In this document: in pieces, positions 47,590 through 53,309 of the stretch
Layout: the number at the start of each line of letters is the position of its first letter
Position numbering within the stretch: position 1 is the first letter of the stretch
From: a virus
Taxonomy: Duplodnaviria > Caudoviricetes
DNA: 53,309 nt
IMG/VR virus record: IMGVR_UViG_3300032331_003728
Coordinates: 1-53,309 of that record
Strand: one strand, 5' to 3'
Program-made: the position numbers and the translations under genes
The notes under the pieces: generated by a model
What the model saw: only the letters and a program-made list of their open reading frames with translations
Databases searched by the model: none
Told to the model about the DNA's origin: nothing

Positions 47590-48435
47590 TTACTTCATTA
47601 TCCATTTGCTTTTTTTGTTATATACATCAACAGCGATATCCGACATGTGCGGATTCCCGTGTTGGTCAAAGCTTATTGCATTTTGATATCTGTCTTTTTT
47701 GATAGCAATTTTCTTCCATTCCTCAACACCAAATTCTCTTTCTCCTTCAAACCATTCATCGGTTCCTTCAAATGGGTATTTTAGATAATTACGGACAAGG
47801 TATTTTTTTCCCCGTGAAATAACTTTCACACCGTGAAAATATGGCTCATTCCCAGGGTATATGGGCGACCCAGATGGGAAAACCAAGATGTCCCCAGCTG
47901 AGGGTTTGTATGTAATTTTCTCTCCCTTGACATAAAACTCTATTTCTCCGCCAACATAGTCATCATTGAGATAGGTAGTGCATGTAACGAGAAACTTTTC
48001 TCCTGGCCAGTACCATTCTCCAATACCAAAATCGGTGTGATATTGCATTGTCAATCCATTGCTTGTTGATATGTTTTCGTCATATCTAGCCAGGCTCGGT
48101 GTGGTGATAAAAGAATTGTTTGGCAGGGCTATTTTGTGAACGGTTACATAGTTGGCTATTGCCAAGTTTGTTGCATGAGCTAGGCGTTTGGAAAGATTGA
48201 ATTCATCATTAAACTTCTCATTTACAAAATCTGTATTCTTTACAGACATTGATTGATGTTCGGCGTAAGTCCCAAAGTCGTACCATTTTCTCCATGGCCC
48301 ATATAGGTATTTGCCTTCATTTTCCTTTTCGATTCTGCATATTGAATCGTATAAATATGAGGAATCTGGAAGTAGATTTTTATAAACAAAAATATTCTTG
48401 TGTATTTCTTGACTATGAAGGTCTATAGAAGACAT
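47590..48435 (-). CDS. 2OG-Fe(II) oxygenase (paralog of 36818..37699)
   Basis: HTD...YLNDDYVGGEIEF...YFHGV...GKKYL; TACTAT 7 nt upstream. Confidence 0.9.
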   Translation of the reverse strand: MSSIDLHSQEIHKNIFVYKNLLPDSSYLYDSICRIEKENEGKYLYGPWRKWYDFGTYAEHQSMSVKNTDFVNEKFNDEFNLSKRLAHATNLAIANYVTVHKIALPNNSFITTPSLARYDENISTSNGLTMQYHTDFGIGEWYWPGEKFLVTCTTYLNDDYVGGEIEFYVKGEKITYKPSAGDILVFPSGSPIYPGNEPYFHGVKVISRGKKYLVRNYLKYPFEGTDEWFEGEREFGVEEWKKIAIKKDRYQNAISFDQHGNPHMSDIAVDVYNKKSKWIMK

Positions 48436-48540
48436 GGTTGGAATAGTACTTTATTTAGTAGCTTACTATCATCCAACTTTTGTTGTAAAATAATACAACG
48501 CCAACTTGGCGATTTGACAATTTTTACGAAATGAGTTGAC

Positions 48541-49089
48541 ATGAGCAAAGTTGCGTGGGACTACATCGTCCCTGTAGTCCTTCCAAAAGACCTAAAAGGC
48601 ATTGAGCCAGGAAAACTTCCAGCCAACCTTCTAAAGGCTGTAGAAGGCGGTGGAAAGCTACACCACATTGCAGCTGATGCATGGGCAGCAATGGATGCAG
48701 CAGCAAAAGCTGCAGGTATTGAATTAAAACCCACGAGTTCCGCAGACCTATACCGCGATTATGAAACTCAAAAAAAAGGTTTTCTAACTCGCTACCAGCT
48801 TGAAGATACCGGCACCGGAAAAACCAAGACATTTGAAGGTAAGACTTGGTATCTGAAAAAGGGTATGGCCACTTTAGCAACACCGGGTAAGTCGCAGCAT
48901 AATCTCGGTTTGGCCGTTGATATTGCTAATGCTGGAGAAGCAAAGCGTCTTAACTGGCTCATCGCAAATGTCAAGCAGTTTGGTTTCTCATGGGAAGTTG
49001 TCCCAGAAGAACCATGGCATGTTCGTTATGTTTGCGGAGACGCAATCCCGGAAGCCGTAAAGGCCTATATTGCATCCAAGCCTGCATAA
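48541..49089 (+). CDS. M15-family Zn peptidase (VanY-like), probable endolysin
   Basis: YR.Y..Q, A.PG.SQHNLGLAVD (SxHxxGxAxD) and EPWH.RY. Confidence 0.88.
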   Translation: MSKVAWDYIVPVVLPKDLKGIEPGKLPANLLKAVEGGGKLHHIAADAWAAMDAAAKAAGIELKPTSSADLYRDYETQKKGFLTRYQLEDTGTGKTKTFEGKTWYLKKGMATLATPGKSQHNLGLAVDIANAGEAKRLNWLIANVKQFGFSWEVVPEEPWHVRYVCGDAIPEAVKAYIASKPA

Positions 49090-49091
49090 TC

Positions 49092-49340
49092 GTGGTTGAG
49101 ATAATCGTTTCTGTAGTGGGTGTGATTGGCCTTGTTGCAGTTGCTCTCATCGAAAAAGACCGCCGTCTATCAAAGACAATGTGGGAAGAAAACAAAGCAG
49201 ACCACAATCATGTTGTGGAAAAAATAGAACTTATTGGAAAAAGTTTAGGTCGTTCAATAGACAGAACTTCTAAGTCACTTGAGCGCGTTGAGGGGAAACT
49301 CGACACGCACATTCGCGATCACGCTGTTGGCGACCTTTAG
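49092..49340 (+). CDS. Small single-TM coiled-coil protein, holin-like by position
   Basis: GTG 2 nt after the endolysin stop; hydrophobic N-terminus, then ...KLDTHIRDH. Confidence 0.6.
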   Translation: MVEIIVSVVGVIGLVAVALIEKDRRLSKTMWEENKADHNHVVEKIELIGKSLGRSIDRTSKSLERVEGKLDTHIRDHAVGDL

Positions 49341-49461
49341 TGCTGTTTGTTTTTGCATCCATTGTTGTCTTTATGGCAAATAAAGAAATGGTATTCTGTT
49401 TTGTACGAACCAGCTCCACCCAGAGCCGGACACCTAATTTCAAATCTATCTAGGAGTTCTT

Positions 49462-49626
49462 GTGGGCAAGAAGAAGAGTGGCGCAAAAGGATCTGGTTCT
49501 CAGCAAAGAGTGAGAATTCACCCAATCACTAAACAGGAAGAAATTATTCCTGGAACAAAAGCTGGGAAGCGTAGAACTCGACTACCATTTGGACATGAGC
49601 TCAGAACGCACGACCGACCAAAATGA
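49462..49626 (+). CDS. 54-aa basic protein (not in the ORF track)
   Basis: AGGAG RBS + GTG; MGKKKSGAKGSGSQQRVRIHPITKQEEIIPGTKAGKRRTRLPFGHELRTHDRPK. Confidence 0.6.
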   Translation: MGKKKSGAKGSGSQQRVRIHPITKQEEIIPGTKAGKRRTRLPFGHELRTHDRPK

Positions 49627-49951
49627 AATGTTTTGGCACAACGACGGTCACGTCCTTGAGCTACAGATAAACAAATCCGAACTTCAGGTTGTTTCGGTAT
49701 CTTGTCCGCACGAGGGCAAGGAGCACGGAGAGTGCTACGACCAGTACGAAGACTGCATAGTCAAGTTCTTTGTTACTAGGTACGGTTTGGAATGCAATGC
49801 CGGCTCTTGCCCTGCAACTCCGAAGATGACAATCTGTTGGACATTGATAGGAGACAACAGGAACCCAGAGGACTCTCAGCTCTGGTTCATGCCACTAAAC
49901 GATGATGTCTTCGCTGCATGGCTAAATAGTGCTATGGGTAATAACAAGTAA
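49595..49951 (+). CDS. Hypothetical Cys-containing protein
   Basis: Clean ORF; start uncertain (49595 or 49628). Confidence 0.6.
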   Translation: MSSERTTDQNEMFWHNDGHVLELQINKSELQVVSVSCPHEGKEHGECYDQYEDCIVKFFVTRYGLECNAGSCPATPKMTICWTLIGDNRNPEDSQLWFMPLNDDVFAAWLNSAMGNNK

Positions 49952-49954
49952 TTA

Positions 49955-50386
49955 TCACCAAGGCTCATCTGTTTTCTTAAAATCACCTTTGAGTGTTTCC
50001 ATGACGCCTATGAAGTGGCGTATATCAGGGTTGTTTTTTAGCGATTCTTTGTTGACGACGTAGATATTTTTGCGATTTGATTTTGTCTTTGTAATAACCC
50101 CATTTTTAACAAGTGATTTAATTGTTCTATCAATCATTGTTTCACTCAAATCAAGGTAGATCGATATCGCTCGTTGAGTCATGGTGGGGTCTTCGAGTAT
50201 CGAAACAAGAACTCTGCCGGCCGTAGACAAAAGACTGATCTGATCTTCGTCGTGATATCTAAGAAGCTTCTGCTTGTCGAGAGTTGCAAATATGGTATTA
50301 AGAATGTCGTCAGATGTACCTACCCCAAGAGCATCTTCAAGAGCTTTCTTTAACTCCACAGATTTGTTCTTGTTGTCGGCTTTCAT
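49955..50386 (-). CDS. Winged helix-turn-helix (MarR-like) DNA-binding protein
   Basis: RVL..I..DP.MTQR.IS..L.LSE..I...I..LV..G.I.K...R.NIY.V; TATTAT 7 nt upstream of the refined start. Confidence 0.8.
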   Translation of the reverse strand: MKADNKNKSVELKKALEDALGVGTSDDILNTIFATLDKQKLLRYHDEDQISLLSTAGRVLVSILEDPTMTQRAISIYLDLSETMIDRTIKSLVKNGVITKTKSNRKNIYVVNKESLKNNPDIRHFIGVMETLKGDFKKTDEPW

Positions 50387-50496
50387 TCCCAGAATAATAG
50401 TCGAAATTACACGCTTGTGATACACACATGGTGTACTCTTTTGTTAGGCGCTGTTACCTATCGATAGGCATCAGCTTGATCACGAAGGGGAAATTG

Positions 50497-50799
50497 GTGA
50501 ATCTTAAGGAGAGCCTACGAGACCTTGCAAAAGGGACTGAGTACAGAAAGTACTGCAAATTTGGCGGTATCTATATGGGACTTGATAGTGAGACACAAGA
50601 GCTTTTGAGCTCTGCACTAAAAGGTTCCGCGTCGACCATGGCGATAACCAGAGCGCTTAATGCTGACGGGATAGATGTTAGGCGTGAACACATAGGTGAA
50701 AAGCGCGCATGCTTCACAGGAGAAAACCCAAATTGTTGCTTAAACAATTGTGACACCACAGACAATACTCAAACAATAACGATTAGCGAGGACAAGTAA
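50497..50799 (+). CDS. Hypothetical protein
   Basis: AAGGGG RBS before the GTG at 50497; abuts the phosphoesterase gene. Confidence 0.55.
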   Translation: MNLKESLRDLAKGTEYRKYCKFGGIYMGLDSETQELLSSALKGSASTMAITRALNADGIDVRREHIGEKRACFTGENPNCCLNNCDTTDNTQTITISEDK

Positions 50800-50800
50800 A

Positions 50801-51985
50801 ATGGCTGCAAAAAGTGACAAAACAAAGGCTAATTCGTTAAAGAATTTGGTTAATGAATCAGAAGGAAGTAAGCACTCAGAGAAGATGCTGGGTGACATTG
50901 CCGAAATGATCAAGTCTAAAGGAATTGATCTTTCTTCAATTGGACGAATCAAAAACGTATCCATGTATCAAACGATTACAAAGAACGAAGAAGGCGAAGC
51001 AGAGATACACAACCTTCAAGCAATCCAGTTCTCACCTTCATGGGAGACAGGACCAGAATGGCCTGTAGTTAAGCAAGGGCCTCCAATACAACTACAAAAG
51101 CCAACAGCAAAACCTAAGTCAAAGACTAAGTTCAAAACAGCAGTAATCGTGCCTGATATACAGTTCGGTTTCTTCCGGAATAAGTCCGGTGCACTTGAAG
51201 CCACGCACGACGAAAAGGCTATTGCGCTTGCACTGCAAATGATGGAAGACGCCAACCCTGATCTAGTTGTATGCGTGGGAGATAACCTTGACCTTCCAGA
51301 GATGGGTAAGTACGTCACGTACCCTTCATATGCCCAGACCACTCAAGCCTCAATTGACCGTGCTACCAAGTTCTGTGCTGAAATGCGTCAAGCCGCACCT
51401 CACGCAAAGATCGTATGGCTTGCTGGCAACCACGAAGAGCGCATGCCTAAGTACTTAGTGCAGAATGCTGGAGCCGCCTATGGTCTCCGTAGGGGTCACG
51501 AGCCAGAGTCTTGGCCTGTGCTTAGCGTTCCATTCCTTTGTCGGATGGACGATTATGGGGTTGAGTACCGTCCTGGATACCCAGCAGCCGACCTTTGGAT
51601 CAATGAGAAGCTCCGTGTTATACACGGCGACCGAGTCAAGTCTAATGGATCTACAGCTCACGTCTATTTGAACCAAGAGAAGACTTCAGTGCTATACGGA
51701 CACATCCACCGTATTGAAGTCGCCTTCAAAACCCGTGAGGACTATGACGGTCCACGAACAATCATGGCTGCAAGCCCTGGATGCCTTGCCCGCATTGATG
51801 GGGCGATACCGTCAACCAGAGGAGGGGTAGACCTCGACGGACGCCCGTTGACTCGCCATGAGAACTGGCAACAGGGTCTCGGCTTCGTGACCTACGAGGA
51901 ATCAGGCAATCACGCGTTTGCATACGAGAACGTGACGATATACGATGGTTGGGCAATGTGGCGAGGAAAAGAATACCAAGCCTAG
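50801..51985 (+). CDS. Calcineurin-like metallophosphoesterase (phage type)
   Basis: PDIQ, GDNLD, GNHE, HGD and GHIH motifs. Confidence 0.88.
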   Translation: MAAKSDKTKANSLKNLVNESEGSKHSEKMLGDIAEMIKSKGIDLSSIGRIKNVSMYQTITKNEEGEAEIHNLQAIQFSPSWETGPEWPVVKQGPPIQLQKPTAKPKSKTKFKTAVIVPDIQFGFFRNKSGALEATHDEKAIALALQMMEDANPDLVVCVGDNLDLPEMGKYVTYPSYAQTTQASIDRATKFCAEMRQAAPHAKIVWLAGNHEERMPKYLVQNAGAAYGLRRGHEPESWPVLSVPFLCRMDDYGVEYRPGYPAADLWINEKLRVIHGDRVKSNGSTAHVYLNQEKTSVLYGHIHRIEVAFKTREDYDGPRTIMAASPGCLARIDGAIPSTRGGVDLDGRPLTRHENWQQGLGFVTYEESGNHAFAYENVTIYDGWAMWRGKEYQA

Positions 51986-51998
51986 GAAGGGGCGCGCA

Positions 51999-52109
51999 AT
52001 GAATTGGTTTGACATTCTCAGAATCATCCTTATCGTTCCTGTAACGATCAGCATTATTGGACTTCTCTGTATCCTTGTGGCAGACATAAGGCACGAGAGA
52101 CGCAAGTAG
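51999..52109 (+). CDS. 36-aa single-TM protein (not in the ORF track)
   Basis: GAAGGGG RBS; MNWFDILRIILIVPVTISIIGLLCILVADIRHERRK; the stop overlaps the next GTG. Confidence 0.5.
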   Translation: MNWFDILRIILIVPVTISIIGLLCILVADIRHERRK

Positions 52110-52312
52110 TGGACCAAGACCCAGAGTTCTTTTCTATGAGGAACGAACTCCCGGAGTGGTTCGAAAACATGTTTGATAGGCTGGTTCTGCGTGGGTTCGT
52201 TGAACCAATCTCCATAAGCCAAGACGGCGAATGGTTGTATGGGATCTCCGAAGAAGGCAAGAAATTCCTATATACCTATATGCTTGACCCACAAGCATTT
52301 GAAGAAGACTGA
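52109..52312 (+). CDS. Small protein with GEWLYG motif
   Basis: L...GFVE...I..DGEWLYG..E.GK. Confidence 0.6.
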   Translation: MDQDPEFFSMRNELPEWFENMFDRLVLRGFVEPISISQDGEWLYGISEEGKKFLYTYMLDPQAFEED

Positions 52313-52323
52313 AAGGCAATGAC

Positions 52324-52491
52324 ATGGACGAAGAGTACGTACAAGAGCTCAATCAAGTTCAGATAGATTTACAAGAGCTGATGAACGTCGGCTTAGTAGA
52401 GATAGTCGGAATCAACGAGGAGGGTGAATGGCTGTATGGCCTAACAGAAAACGGGAGAATGACAATGGAGCAGGACTCCGGTGCCGTTTAA
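52324..52491 (+). CDS. 55-aa paralog of 52109..52312 (not in the ORF track)
   Basis: Own translation: ...LMNVGLVEIVGINEEGEWLYGLTENGR... Confidence 0.6.
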   Translation: MDEEYVQELNQVQIDLQELMNVGLVEIVGINEEGEWLYGLTENGRMTMEQDSGAV

Positions 52492-52684
52492 AGATCCTGA
52501 AGCAGCAAAGGCGTACCGTAGGGACCAAAGTGCCCGAAGGAACGGACCAAGTCGCCGTGAATATGAACGAGAACGAAAGCGTCGAAAACGACTAGAAGCG
52601 TACCAAGCACTACCCGAGCCAGAGAGAACCCAAGCACTCTCTAGGCTTAGGGGTAGGTATGAGATATCTTTAAATAGGTATTAA
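52481..52684 (+). CDS. Small basic hypothetical protein
   Basis: MPFKDPE..KAY.R start common in phage proteins; AGGA upstream. Confidence 0.5.
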   Translation: MPFKDPEAAKAYRRDQSARRNGPSRREYERERKRRKRLEAYQALPEPERTQALSRLRGRYEISLNRY

Positions 52685-52736
52685 TTAAACTTTTTATTTG
52701 ACACTTTAGGATTCTTTTTGTAGTTAACTATCCTAC

Positions 52737-53309
52737 GTGACAACAATCGTAGGTTTACAAGGTGACGGCTTCGCTGTAGTTTGTGTCGACTCACGCATAT
52801 CCGAGATCGGAAGATTCGGAACACTCCGTGAAGGATCGACAAAGGTTGCTGTAAACGGCAAGTACCTTTTAGGAGCAGCAGGAGACGTAAGAGCAATCAA
52901 TATATTGCATTACGCATTTAATCCGCCGGCTCCACCACCTAATCTCAAAGGGCGCAAGCTAGATGAGTTCATTACGCAGAAGTTCATCCCTGCGCTAAGA
53001 GAGTGCTTTGAAGCCCAAGGCTATGCAAGTCCAGACTCTAACGAAGAAAAGCGCCATATAGCTGAACATGATTCAACGATCCTAGTTGTCATAAATGGCG
53101 TTATCTACATAATAGACGGTGACTACGCCTGGAGTGCAGAAGCAAACGGACACTACGCCATAGGTAGTGGATCAGACTATGCACTAGGAGCGGTAACAGC
53201 CATACTCCCATACGCCAAGTTTGATATAGCTTCAGCACGGAAAGCTGGAATGAAAGCTTTATCTATAGCAGCCAAGTTCGATCCTGATACCGGTGCACCT
53301 TTCCACTGG
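52737..53309 (+). CDS. HslV/proteasome beta-subunit-like Ntn threonine protease, 3'-truncated
   Basis: Not in the ORF track. Own translation: MTTIVGLQG.GFAVV..DSR...K...G.AGD...YAIGSGSDYALG...A..FD..TG.P. Confidence 0.85.
   Translation, partial: MTTIVGLQGDGFAVVCVDSRISEIGRFGTLREGSTKVAVNGKYLLGAAGDVRAINILHYAFNPPAPPPNLKGRKLDEFITQKFIPALRECFEAQGYASPDSNEEKRHIAEHDSTILVVINGVIYIIDGDYAWSAEANGHYAIGSGSDYALGAVTAILPYAKFDIASARKAGMKALSIAAKFDPDTGAPFHW

Noticed and set aside
52698-52726. Sigma70 promoter with TTGACA upstream of the protease gene
   Set aside because: The -35 is perfect, but the hexamer at 17-bp spacing (TAGTTA) lacks the conserved final T, so support is insufficient.
1-53309. Genome-wide TAG recoding
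   Set aside because: Several TAG codons are immediately followed by the next gene's start (21785, 23377, 26832), and coding density is already high with the standard code.

Overview
This window looks like a segment of a large tailed dsDNA phage genome, most plausibly infecting a freshwater actinobacterium. The host call is inferred from leaderless-type TANNNT promoters, an actinobacterial-type ferritin-like diiron protein and the gene content. From left to right it holds five blocks. (1) A minus-strand sugar-modification operon: NAD-dependent epimerase, methyltransferase and glycosyltransferases. (2) About 20 kb of virion and tail-fibre genes, including a 1685-aa protein built from two repeat types. 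(3) A ~17-kb island of redox and tailoring enzymes. Across the window there are 15 2OG-Fe(II) oxygenase-like genes, 3 glutathione-peroxidase-fold genes, a DUF6065-like gene, an AurF-like diiron protein, methyltransferases and 2 GNATs. (4) An inverted fibre cassette and a large membrane-anchored beta-helix protein. (5) A lysis module (M15 peptidase plus a small TM protein), a wHTH protein, a metallophosphoesterase and an HslV/proteasome-beta-like protease. The most striking pattern is a cassette that occurs three times: a fibre gene, then an FN3-domain protein with a swappable C-terminal peptide (Cys-rich twice, a 19x PP(F/Y)F polymer once), then modification enzymes. This suggests a phage-encoded, RiPP-like system for post-translationally tailoring virion-displayed peptides. 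All product calls come from motifs read by eye; no database searches were run.
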